32,000 nt of DNA, from contig NC_020304.1 in NCBI RefSeq assembly GCF_000341395.1, positions 300,001-332,000 on the forward strand. The letters run 5' to 3'. The position numbers were made by a program, and so were the translations under genes. The notes beneath the pieces were generated by a model. It saw only the letters and a list, made by a program, of their open reading frames with translations. It searched no databases and was not told the origin of the DNA. This DNA is from Desulfocapsa sulfexigens DSM 10523. GTDB taxonomy: Bacteria; Desulfobacterota; Desulfobulbia; Desulfobulbales; Desulfocapsaceae. Below, piece by piece: positions 1 to 8,382 of this stretch (its first letter is position 1; each line of letters begins with the position of its first letter).

Positions 1-1
1 T

Positions 2-79
2 ACAGAAGAAGCGCATCTGGTTATTACCAGTACTCAGGGTTCAACCCAGATTGTCATGAATATTATCGAAGGAATATAA
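2..79 (+). CDS. 3' end of an unidentified CDS (5' part lies outside the window)
   Basis: The frame is open from the window edge to TAA at 77-79 (TEEAHLVITSTQGSTQIVMNIIEGI*). Only 25 codons are visible, so no family can be assigned. Confidence 0.3.
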   Translation, partial: TEEAHLVITSTQGSTQIVMNIIEGI

Positions 80-84
80 TCTCC

Positions 85-471
85 ATGAAAGCACTTGCAA
101 ATATCCTTCCGGCCAATATTTTTCAAAATGAAAAAGGCCAGTCAGCGGTAGAATACCTGGTTATCTGCACCGCACTGGTGTCCATACTCCTGATCTCTTC
201 CTCCCAGGACAGCATGTATAATATTGTGAGCCACACCATGCAGGAAAAATATAAAAGCTATGCGTTCGGAGTATCCATATCCGATCCGCCAAGTAAACAG
301 TTTGACGATGAAGTGAAACAGGACGCCGACAAAGTAAAAGAAGTACTCAACACTCTATCAAAAATAGAGCGACTCATTTCAGACACCATCGTCCCCGATA
401 TCATGCATGGAAAAATGCCCTCCACGGACTCGATTAAGGAATTTGCCGACCTGATAAAGTCTCTTTTTTAA
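85..471 (+). CDS. Flp/TadE-class prepilin-like protein (putative Tad pilin with a long C-terminal extension)
   Basis: ATG at 85. The N-terminus ...FQNEKG|QSAVEYLVICTALVSILLI matches the Flp-type prepilin signature G/xxxxEY followed by a hydrophobic helix. The gene sits directly upstream of cpaB-cpaC-cpaF. At 128 aa it is long for Flp. Confidence 0.6.
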   Translation: MKALANILPANIFQNEKGQSAVEYLVICTALVSILLISSSQDSMYNIVSHTMQEKYKSYAFGVSISDPPSKQFDDEVKQDADKVKEVLNTLSKIERLISDTIVPDIMHGKMPSTDSIKEFADLIKSLF

Positions 472-591
472 TGTATGTACACCAAAACAATTCAAATAAA
501 ACGGCAACTACCATTTGTAATCCTGTCAAATATATGCGACATCAATAAAAAGCCTTTTTCCAATCCACCTTAAAAGAAATATCGCCTGACC

Positions 592-2517
592 ATGGAAAAC
601 ACGGAACAGAACAAAATAAAAAACAAAACATGGAAGCTCTTTACGGCCGCATTGATTTTTGCATTGCTGGCCGGACTGGGAACAATGCTCTATCTCAACA
701 TCCTTGAGCAAAGGCTGAAAAAACGCCTTACTCCGCCCCAGAAAGAAATGGTTCAGGTTATTGTCGCCAGCAGGAACCTCCCCACTGGGAGTCTTGTCAA
801 TACTTCCACGATGTCAGTCCGCCACGTCCCCAGATCCTACGTTAACAGCGACATTTTCACTCCAGATCAATTCGCCTCAATTCAGGGTGCAATCTTAATA
901 AAACCCCTACAACAGGGAAAAATGCTCGCCCAGGATTATATTGATCTAAAAATCCCAAAGGACTTCTCAGGAACGATCCAGAGTGGGCACCGGGCCATTA
1001 CTATTCAGGTGGATGAAGTAAACTCAATTTCCGGCATGATCAAACCGGGAAACTCCATTGACCTCTTCACCCGGATGTCAGGTAAATCTTTTTCCAACAG
1101 TTCATCGGGTTCACGAGAGGCGATTATTCCGGTTCTTGAAGATGTACTCGTTCTTGCCACCGATAAAATTGCTGCACGGCCCAACGAGGATGAATTCAAA
1201 AATCTTGATTCAGAAGACCGTCGTCGAGCCTACAATACCTTAACCCTGGAAGTAACACCCAAAGAAGCTGCTATTGTTGCAATAGCAGAGTCCCGGGGAG
1301 AGCTTATTTCCATCCTTCGTAACAGCAACGACACCGGAGGAATACTGTTCAGCAAAGTCACCCTTGCAGATCTGCTTGCGCACTCCGATGAAATGCTTGA
1401 ATCCGCAGTCAATAAGCAGCACAATAGAAACCTTGACGGTATCCATCGCAATCAGAACGGACAACTTGTCACCCGGGATGGTGTTGTTATCAAAGACCCC
1501 AATGTCCATCTAAACAAGGATGGACTGCTGGTCACACAAAACGGCACTGTGCTCTCCGGAAGAGATCTAATGGTTGATGCCAATGGCCACATCAGGACCA
1601 AAAATGGAAAGCTGATTGACACTGCAAGCCTGATACCAGGAAAAAATGGGACACTGGTGGATAAAAACGGTAATGTCCTCAGCAGTAACGGATACACAAC
1701 AACCAAAGGTGGCTTCCTTGTAGACAAGAACGGCAATGTCGTTACTCCCGACGGCCATATTATTTCCGGACTCACCGTGGGTAAAGATGGCCAGGTGCGT
1801 ACCAGCAATGGCCGAATAGTAACGGCTGATCACATACGAGTAGGGAAAGATGGTAACGTTCGCCTGACAGACTCTCCTGTGGCTGCCATGACCGTAGACA
1901 AGGATGGAAATGTGCGAACCGCGGATGGCAAACTGGCCAACCCTGAGGACCTTGTCACAGTAGGACCTGACGGAATTGTCCGCGCCAAGGATGGTACAAT
2001 CCTGAAAGGTGTGCATATGGGCAAGGACGGCAAGCTCTACAATGCGGATGGAAAAGAGATGAGTGCTGCCGACATTCTTGCTGCCACCGAGGGATTCAAG
2101 GAAAACAAAAACGGCACCGTAACCGATGCCAACGGCAAAACCTATACAGCAAAAGACCTTGTAAGCGTTGATAAAGATGGAACGGTTCGTAGCAAGGACG
2201 GAACGATCCTCCACGGGGTGCATCTGGATAAAGACGGAAAACTGCGCAATAAAGACGGCTCTCTCCTCACTCCACAGGAAATTTTCACTCAGGATGCAAT
2301 AGCCAGAGCAGCAAAGAGCAACGGTGTAGTTCTCGCAGGAGTTACCGGAAAAATCGATCCTGCATTTGCCGAAAATATCCGTAAGGGGTCTCCAAAAAAC
2401 CTCTCCACATTCAGTCCCTATGAAGTTGAATACATCATTGGTGGCAGGAGTGATGGACCGGCAAAAACGTTTACCATACAAATAGAGAATAAAAATTCTC
2501 AGAGTACAAAAGAGTAG
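592..2517 (+). CDS. cpaB: Flp pilus assembly protein CpaB/RcpC with a ~280-aa C-terminal repeat extension
   Basis: N-terminal TM helix (WKLFTAALIFALLAGLGTMLYL). A SAF-like region (VQVIVASRNLPTGSLV...) and an RcpC-like region (GHRAITIQVDEVNSISGMIKPGNSIDLF...VLEDVLVLATD) follow, which is typical of CpaB. The position upstream of the secretin fits. At 641 aa it is roughly twice the usual CpaB length. Confidence 0.8.
   Translation: MENTEQNKIKNKTWKLFTAALIFALLAGLGTMLYLNILEQRLKKRLTPPQKEMVQVIVASRNLPTGSLVNTSTMSVRHVPRSYVNSDIFTPDQFASIQGAILIKPLQQGKMLAQDYIDLKIPKDFSGTIQSGHRAITIQVDEVNSISGMIKPGNSIDLFTRMSGKSFSNSSSGSREAIIPVLEDVLVLATDKIAARPNEDEFKNLDSEDRRRAYNTLTLEVTPKEAAIVAIAESRGELISILRNSNDTGGILFSKVTLADLLAHSDEMLESAVNKQHNRNLDGIHRNQNGQLVTRDGVVIKDPNVHLNKDGLLVTQNGTVLSGRDLMVDANGHIRTKNGKLIDTASLIPGKNGTLVDKNGNVLSSNGYTTTKGGFLVDKNGNVVTPDGHIISGLTVGKDGQVRTSNGRIVTADHIRVGKDGNVRLTDSPVAAMTVDKDGNVRTADGKLANPEDLVTVGPDGIVRAKDGTILKGVHMGKDGKLYNADGKEMSAADILAATEGFKENKNGTVTDANGKTYTAKDLVSVDKDGTVRSKDGTILHGVHLDKDGKLRNKDGSLLTPQEIFTQDAIARAAKSNGVVLAGVTGKIDPAFAENIRKGSPKNLSTFSPYEVEYIIGGRSDGPAKTFTIQIENKNSQSTKE
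1429..2262 (+). repeat. Degenerate tandem coding repeats ([KD][DN]G-x-[VIL]-x-[TS]-x-[DN]G type) inside cpaB
   Basis: I count 27 D/N-G dipeptides at roughly 9-11-aa spacing between aa 280 and 557, for example VDKDGNVRTADGK, VGKDGQVRTSNGR and VDKNGNVVTPDGH. There are also two clearly related 43-aa blocks: DLVTVGPDGIVRAKDGTILKGVHMGKDGKLYNADGKEMSAADI (nt 1948-2076) and DLVSVDKDGTVRSKDGTILHGVHLDKDGKLRNKDGSLLTPQEI (nt 2155-2283). Confidence 0.75.
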
Positions 2518-2569
2518 GACTGTGCACTATCAATCTCCACGCTAATTTTTTTATATACGGACAGAAACG

Positions 2570-4078
2570 ATGACATCATCTGACACACACACTCTTCCCC
2601 CTGGAAGACGACCCATTTTCCCAACACTGCTACTCTGCACTCTTTTCCTTTTCATCAGCTTTCCACAGGAAAGCAGTGCTCGCGAAGCCGTAACCATGTT
2701 TCTTGGAGAAGTAAAGGTTCTGGAAATTGATGCGATAGAACGTGTGGCTATAGGAAATCCTGCGGTGGCAAGCAACTCCATTCTCCCTCAGGGCCAGCTG
2801 GTACTCCTTGCTGATTCCGTGGGAGCGACCACCATGCACCTCTGGCTGAAGGATGGTCAGGAAAAAGACTTTGACATCGTGGTCAACGAAAAAAAAGTCT
2901 TTGATGACTACGAGGAACTCGTCTCTCTTCTCAGTACTTTCCAGGGAATCAAGCCCATACGAATCGGCGATCTAACCGTTATCAAGGGAAAGATTCATAA
3001 AAAAGACAAGTCTCAATTCGACCGTATTCTCAAGCGCTATGGTGATGTTCTCGACCTGGTCACCGCCAGAGACATTCAATCAGAAGTTTCCCTGTTACTT
3101 AAAGACATCCCAAACCTGACGGTTCGGGAAATTGGCGGCTACACCGTTCTCTCCGGTGAAATAAGTAAGGAGTTTTCTCCCCTCATTGCCATTATCGAGC
3201 AAAAGTACCAGAACATCATGAATCTGACCAGAGTACATGCCGCTGTAGCAGGGAAAATGATCTACATGAAGGTCAAAATCATGGAACTCAGCAAGAGCGT
3301 TACCCAGAAGCTTGGAATCAACTGGGGAAACCTTATGACCGGGCTCACCGGACCTTCACTTGTTTTTGGAGTGGAGTCATCACGAAACGGCGGAACCCTC
3401 CTCAATGACAATAGTACTTCATCGGTTCTTACCAAGCCTGGCGGCACAGACCTCACAACATCCAGAGGCTACTTTGGTATAGCCACGGGTGTCACCTCTG
3501 TTATCAACCTCTCTCTGCAGAATGGCGACGGTGTTATCCTTGCAGAACCGCAGTTGAGCACCCGATCCGGTGGCAAGGCAACATTTCATGCTGGCGGAGA
3601 ATATCCAATCGCCACAACTTCCAGCATGGGCCAGGTAAACGTCGAATATAAAAAATATGGTATCATGCTGAATATTGAGCCTTTAGTCGACGACCGTGAT
3701 AACATTCTCGCCCATATTGAAACGGAGATCAGCAATATTGACCATGGCCAGAACTTCGGAGACTACGTGGGTATCCTGACCCGTAACACATCAACGGATG
3801 TCAGCCTCAAGGTTGGTGAGACTCTTGTCATGGCGGGACTTGTTCAGAATGTTGCCCATAACGACTTTAATAAAGTGAAATGGCTGGGCGACACCCCCAT
3901 CCTTGGCCCATTGTTTCGTTCCCAGGACTTTCAAAACCAGCTCACAGAACTTGTCATCTTCGTAACACCATATGTTTACGACGCTTCGTCAACAGTAAAC
4001 TCCGGTAAGCTTACCGAGGCGGCACGTATTCAGAAACAGTTTGATGAAATTGTTAAAGGCCATGAACTGGTAGATTAA
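2570..4078 (+). CDS. cpaC: Tad/Flp pilus secretin CpaC/RcpA
   Basis: Signal peptide, then the N-terminal pilus-formation/BON-like region (LGEVKVLEIDAIERVAIGNPAVA). C-terminal secretin core motifs are present: AEPQLSTRSGGKATFHAGGEYPI, YKKYGIMLNIEPLV, GETLVMAGL and LGDTPILGPLFRS. Confidence 0.9.
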   Translation: MTSSDTHTLPPGRRPIFPTLLLCTLFLFISFPQESSAREAVTMFLGEVKVLEIDAIERVAIGNPAVASNSILPQGQLVLLADSVGATTMHLWLKDGQEKDFDIVVNEKKVFDDYEELVSLLSTFQGIKPIRIGDLTVIKGKIHKKDKSQFDRILKRYGDVLDLVTARDIQSEVSLLLKDIPNLTVREIGGYTVLSGEISKEFSPLIAIIEQKYQNIMNLTRVHAAVAGKMIYMKVKIMELSKSVTQKLGINWGNLMTGLTGPSLVFGVESSRNGGTLLNDNSTSSVLTKPGGTDLTTSRGYFGIATGVTSVINLSLQNGDGVILAEPQLSTRSGGKATFHAGGEYPIATTSSMGQVNVEYKKYGIMLNIEPLVDDRDNILAHIETEISNIDHGQNFGDYVGILTRNTSTDVSLKVGETLVMAGLVQNVAHNDFNKVKWLGDTPILGPLFRSQDFQNQLTELVIFVTPYVYDASSTVNSGKLTEAARIQKQFDEIVKGHELVD

Positions 4079-4111
4079 ATCAACTCTTATTGTCAGGAAA
4101 ACTCTGAAAAA

Positions 4112-5836
4112 ATGTTTGACATCATAATTCATGACGACAAGGGCAGCACTCTTGAGACCCTGCAATGCACGAAAGCAGAGTGCGGCATTGGTCGTTCCGG
4201 AAAAAACCTGGTCCAACTCAGTGGCTGGCGAATTGCCGGGATTCACGCCCAACTGATTGAAAGAGAGGATGGAATCTATGTCAGCGACACTTCATCCGGC
4301 ATCGGAACGCGGGTCAACGGAGAAACGATAACGACATTTGGTCCGCTTCTGGCTAAAGACACTATCACCATCGGTACATTCAGGATATCAGTAAGCTCAG
4401 GAAAACGACCCTCAGCACAACAGACCGAGCCACCAGCTAGTGAGCCTGAAACCACAGCAAACGAAATGATGGAGAAACCGGAGAAAGAACCATCCGAACC
4501 GAAAAACTCGCTCCGCAGAACATTTGGGGTTCGACAGGGGGCCGAAGATGGACTGGCTGCACCGGGCAGAGATGACCGTCGTTTTATATGGCACAAACGC
4601 ATCCATGACAAACTCATGAACGCCATGGACCTGCGCCGTACCGATGTGCAGGCCATGAACGATGACGAACTCAGTGAAACCGTCAGGTCGCTGGTGAATG
4701 ACATAATAGGGAAAATGGCCAGGAGCCTGCCTCCCGAAGTTGACCGTGCAAAACTTGCCAAGGAGGTCATCGATGAAGCCATAGGACTCGGGCCTCTCGA
4801 AGATTTCCTCGCCGAAGATTCGATCACCGAAATCATGGTGAACAGTTACGACTCAATCTACTACGAAACCCATGGTAAACTCCACAAATCAAACATAACA
4901 TTCAGCAGTGATAATGCCGTCCTTGCCGTCATTGAACGTATTGTTTCGCCCCTGGGGAGACGAATTGACGAAAGTTCCCCCATGGTCGACGGCAGGCTGA
5001 AGGATGGCTCCAGAATTAATGCCATCATTCCGCCCCTTGCCATAAAAGGTCCCTGCCTTACCATTCGGAAATTTTCCAGAAAAAAACTGAGCATTGATGA
5101 TTTTGTCCAATTTGGATCGATCTCCAACAAAATGGTAGATTTTCTAGAAAAAGCCGTTCACTATCGAAAGAATATTATTATTTCAGGGGGAACCGGCAGT
5201 GGCAAAACCACATTCCTCAATGTTCTCTCAGATTTTATTCCCCACGATGAACGGATTATCACGGTGGAAGATTCTGCAGAGTTAAAGCTTGGTCAACCAC
5301 ATGTGGTATCTCTTGAAGCCAGACCAGCAAATATGGAAGGCAAAGGGGCAATCATCATCCGGGATCTGGTAAAAAACTGTCTCCGCATGCGCCCCGATCG
5401 TATTATTGTCGGGGAATGCCGAGGGGGAGAAACCCTTGATATGCTTCAGGCCATGAATACAGGGCACGACGGCTCCCTGACAACTGTCCACGCCAACTCT
5501 CCGCGGGATCTTGTCTCCCGCCTTGAAGTGATGGTGATGATGGCCGGAATGGACCTTCCTGAAAAAGCTATCCGGGAGCAGATTGCCTCGGCGGTCCATG
5601 TTGTTGTACAGCAGTCACGATTCTCTGATGGAACACGCAAGATCACCCATATTACGGAGATCACCGGTATGGAAACCGGAGTGGTGCAGATGCAGAACAT
5701 TTTCATTTACAAACAAAACGGACTTGATAAGGACGGTAACGTTATAGGAGAATACAAGGCCACTGGACGCGTTCCGGAATTTTACGAGGTATTGCGGCAG
5801 CAGGGCATAACTGTTGACATGAGTATATTCGAGTAA
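4112..5836 (+). CDS. cpaF: CpaF/TadA secretion ATPase with an N-terminal FHA domain
   Basis: aa 1-95 look like FHA (CGIGRSGKNLVQL...IAGIHAQLIEREDGIYVSDTSSGIGTRVNGETI...ITIGTFRI). An acidic, Pro-rich linker follows. The VirB11/CpaF-type core has Walker A GGTGSGKTT, the Asp box ITVEDSAEL, Walker B RPDRIIVGECRG and the His box GHDGSLTTVHANS. Confidence 0.9.
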   Translation: MFDIIIHDDKGSTLETLQCTKAECGIGRSGKNLVQLSGWRIAGIHAQLIEREDGIYVSDTSSGIGTRVNGETITTFGPLLAKDTITIGTFRISVSSGKRPSAQQTEPPASEPETTANEMMEKPEKEPSEPKNSLRRTFGVRQGAEDGLAAPGRDDRRFIWHKRIHDKLMNAMDLRRTDVQAMNDDELSETVRSLVNDIIGKMARSLPPEVDRAKLAKEVIDEAIGLGPLEDFLAEDSITEIMVNSYDSIYYETHGKLHKSNITFSSDNAVLAVIERIVSPLGRRIDESSPMVDGRLKDGSRINAIIPPLAIKGPCLTIRKFSRKKLSIDDFVQFGSISNKMVDFLEKAVHYRKNIIISGGTGSGKTTFLNVLSDFIPHDERIITVEDSAELKLGQPHVVSLEARPANMEGKGAIIIRDLVKNCLRMRPDRIIVGECRGGETLDMLQAMNTGHDGSLTTVHANSPRDLVSRLEVMVMMAGMDLPEKAIREQIASAVHVVVQQSRFSDGTRKITHITEITGMETGVVQMQNIFIYKQNGLDKDGNVIGEYKATGRVPEFYEVLRQQGITVDMSIFE

Positions 5837-5844
5837 ATACGACT

Positions 5845-6696
5845 ATGATTGCAAACATTATCATCGCCTCTCTTGTGGCCGTCTCTACAGGAATTTTTGC
5901 CTGGCTCTTTTTTCTCAAGATGTATGACAAATTGACCTACTACAAGGATACTGTCGAAGAACTAACAACAAACAAATTCTCCGAACTTTTTCTCTTCATC
6001 GATATCTCTAACTATTTTTATTATTACATTGCGGCGCTCCTCATCTTCCCTATTATTGCTGGAAGCCTCTCGGGAGATATTTCACTCGGCATACTCACAT
6101 TTCTCGTCATACTCTTCTCACCTTACCTGATCCTCAAGGAGATGATCAAAAAGCGGTTGAAGAAGTTTGAACAGCAGTTGCCGGATGCCCTTGTCATGGT
6201 TGCCGGATCCATCAGGTCTGGATCCAGCCTACCCATTGCTCTCGATAGCCTTATTAAGGAAAGTTCACCTCCGCTCTCTCAGGAATTCGGTCTCTATGTC
6301 CGTGAACGAAAACTTGGGCTCGACCGTGACAAAGCATTTGACAATCTGGAGCGCAGGGTACCTCTCGAGGATTTATCCCTTTCTCTGTCAGCCATTCGTA
6401 TATCCAGTGAAATTGGTGGAGATCTTGCCGAAACCCTGGAATCTCTTGCTGAAACTCTTCGAAAAAAACTTGTCATGGAAGGGAAAATAGACAGTCTCAC
6501 CTCACAGGGGAAACTGCAGGGAATTGTGATGTCCACCCTCCCTCTTTTTCTCATCGTCGCCCTGATGAAACTGGAACCGGCTGCCATGGGCCAGATGTTC
6601 ACCACCAAAATAGGATGGATGGTTCTGGCGACGATTGTATGCATGCAGGTACTCGGATTTATAGCCATCAGAAAAATCACAGCAATTGACGTGTAA
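5845..6696 (+). CDS. tadB: Tad pilus inner-membrane platform protein TadB (T2SS-F-like)
   Basis: Polytopic membrane protein with a T2SSF-like cytoplasmic segment (QLPDALVMVAGSIRSGSSLPIALDSL...). It lies immediately after cpaF. Confidence 0.85.
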   Translation: MIANIIIASLVAVSTGIFAWLFFLKMYDKLTYYKDTVEELTTNKFSELFLFIDISNYFYYYIAALLIFPIIAGSLSGDISLGILTFLVILFSPYLILKEMIKKRLKKFEQQLPDALVMVAGSIRSGSSLPIALDSLIKESSPPLSQEFGLYVRERKLGLDRDKAFDNLERRVPLEDLSLSLSAIRISSEIGGDLAETLESLAETLRKKLVMEGKIDSLTSQGKLQGIVMSTLPLFLIVALMKLEPAAMGQMFTTKIGWMVLATIVCMQVLGFIAIRKITAIDV

Positions 6697-7580
6697 TGAC
6701 TGAAAATTTATATAACATCATACTGGGCTTGAGCGTGTCGGCATCAATCCTCTTCACCCTTATGGGGGTTCTGCAGCTAAGCAAACTGGTTCCCGAAGAG
6801 GATCGTGAATTTATGGATCCTCTCCCCCCGCTCCTGGATTTCATCTGGCCTCTTGCTCGTATTATTGCCTATTACGGCTGTTCCAGGATTCCATTTTCCT
6901 ACCTCAAAAGTGTCGAAGGACGCCTGAAACGCAATGGACTCGGCCATATGATGATCGCTGAAGAGTTTATTGCTCTTCGCATTATTGCGGCATCTGTGGC
7001 ACTCCTTTCGGGCTACATCCTGATAACACTCCTCGCGGAATGGAATCCTATCCTCTACATTGTTCTTCCCGCACTTGGATTCTTTTATCCGGATATATGG
7101 CTCAGAGACATTCGTAAGAAGCAGGTGGATGCTGTCCTGCGCACCCTGCCTGCCTACCTGGACTTTATCACCATGGCAGTGGAAGCCGGGCTGAATTTCT
7201 CAGGAGCCATCGCCCAGGCCAGAACCAAGGGTCCGGCAGGACCGCTGGTGATAGAATTTGGCATCGTACTCCGCGATATGCGTTCCGGAATCCCGAGGAC
7301 CAGAGCCTTGAAGCGAATGGCCAAACGACTGGACATCCATGAAATAAGCAGTTTTGTAAACGCCGTGGTACAGGCAGAAAAAATGGGATCAAGCATGGCT
7401 GGGGTCCTGCGGATCCAGGCAGAGCAACGCCGCAGTGAACGCTTTCAACGGGCAGAAAAGAAAGCGATGGAAGCACCGGTCAAGCTTATCGGCCCACTGG
7501 TTATTTTTATCTTCCCAACGACCTTTATTGTACTGGCATTTCCCATTGCCATTAAGTTTATTCAGGGAGGCTATTTTTGA
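6696..7580 (+). CDS. tadC: Tad pilus inner-membrane platform protein TadC (T2SS-F-like)
   Basis: The start overlaps the tadB stop (TAATG). T2SSF-like segment: LPAYLDFITMAVEAGLNFSGAI...SSFVNAVVQAEKMGSSMAGVLRIQAEQ. Confidence 0.85.
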   Translation: MTENLYNIILGLSVSASILFTLMGVLQLSKLVPEEDREFMDPLPPLLDFIWPLARIIAYYGCSRIPFSYLKSVEGRLKRNGLGHMMIAEEFIALRIIAASVALLSGYILITLLAEWNPILYIVLPALGFFYPDIWLRDIRKKQVDAVLRTLPAYLDFITMAVEAGLNFSGAIAQARTKGPAGPLVIEFGIVLRDMRSGIPRTRALKRMAKRLDIHEISSFVNAVVQAEKMGSSMAGVLRIQAEQRRSERFQRAEKKAMEAPVKLIGPLVIFIFPTTFIVLAFPIAIKFIQGGYF

Positions 7581-7933
7581 TTACCGGAAAGATCAGCATC
7601 AACTCTTCACCTGAAACATCTCTCTACCATATCAGAAAGACCGAAACATTCTTTGAACGTGGCCGGGGATTGCTGGGATGCACAGGACTTGAAGAAGGAC
7701 ACGGTATGCTCATCAGCCCATGTAACTCCATCCACACCTTTTTCATGAAGTTCCCAATAGATGTTATTTTTTTAAGCAACGACAATCGTATTCTGGCCAT
7801 CCATCTCAATATGAAGCCACAACGTTTTTCACGATCAGCAAACGCCTCATCTGTCCTTGAACTCATGGCTGGTCAAACTGACATATCAGGTCTTCAGACG
7901 GGAGATACCCTCCTCTGGGAGCCACTGCAATGA
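7577..7933 (+). CDS. DUF192 (COG1430) family protein embedded in the tad operon
   Basis: TTG start overlaps the tadC stop (TTTTGA). The motif block RGRGLLGCTGLEEGHGMLISPCNSIHTFFMKFPIDVIFL is characteristic of DUF192. Confidence 0.7.
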   Translation: MITGKISINSSPETSLYHIRKTETFFERGRGLLGCTGLEEGHGMLISPCNSIHTFFMKFPIDVIFLSNDNRILAIHLNMKPQRFSRSANASSVLELMAGQTDISGLQTGDTLLWEPLQ

Positions 7934-8382
7934 TAACACTGAAGAGCATTTCCCGTCTCAGTTTCCTGCTGTTTTTTATCCTTACGAGTTGTGCCACAAA
8001 AGACCTGACCCGTATCCGTGAAGAGGCCTATATGGCCTATGATAATAAGGAATACGACAGCGCCGCAGATAAATTTGAAATCCTGGTAAAAAATGCCCCG
8101 GAAGACGTGGAATTCTGGTTTCGTCTCGGAAATGCCTATGCCAGATCGCAGAATCCGCAACTGGCTATATCTGCCTATCAGAACGCGCTACTGCGCGACC
8201 CCACCCATGTAAAGGCATGGTATAATATGGGATTTGTTCAGACCCAGACGGCACTGAAAACATTCGTCGATATGCAAACCTACACGGACACGGGTAGCCC
8301 CCTCGGAAAACAGGGGAAAAACATGCGGGAAGGCCTGTTTCTCCTACTCGAACATGGCAATGAACCTCCAGAAGACAAATAG
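7930..8382 (+). CDS. TPR-repeat lipoprotein (TadD-like candidate)
   Basis: ATGA overlap with the preceding gene. Signal peptide with lipobox ILTS|C. TPR-like helices follow (AADKFEILVKNAPEDVEFWFRLGNAYARSQNPQLAISAYQNALLRDPTHVKAWYNMG). The operon position is compatible with a TadD-type pilotin. Confidence 0.6.
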   Translation: MITLKSISRLSFLLFFILTSCATKDLTRIREEAYMAYDNKEYDSAADKFEILVKNAPEDVEFWFRLGNAYARSQNPQLAISAYQNALLRDPTHVKAWYNMGFVQTQTALKTFVDMQTYTDTGSPLGKQGKNMREGLFLLLEHGNEPPEDK

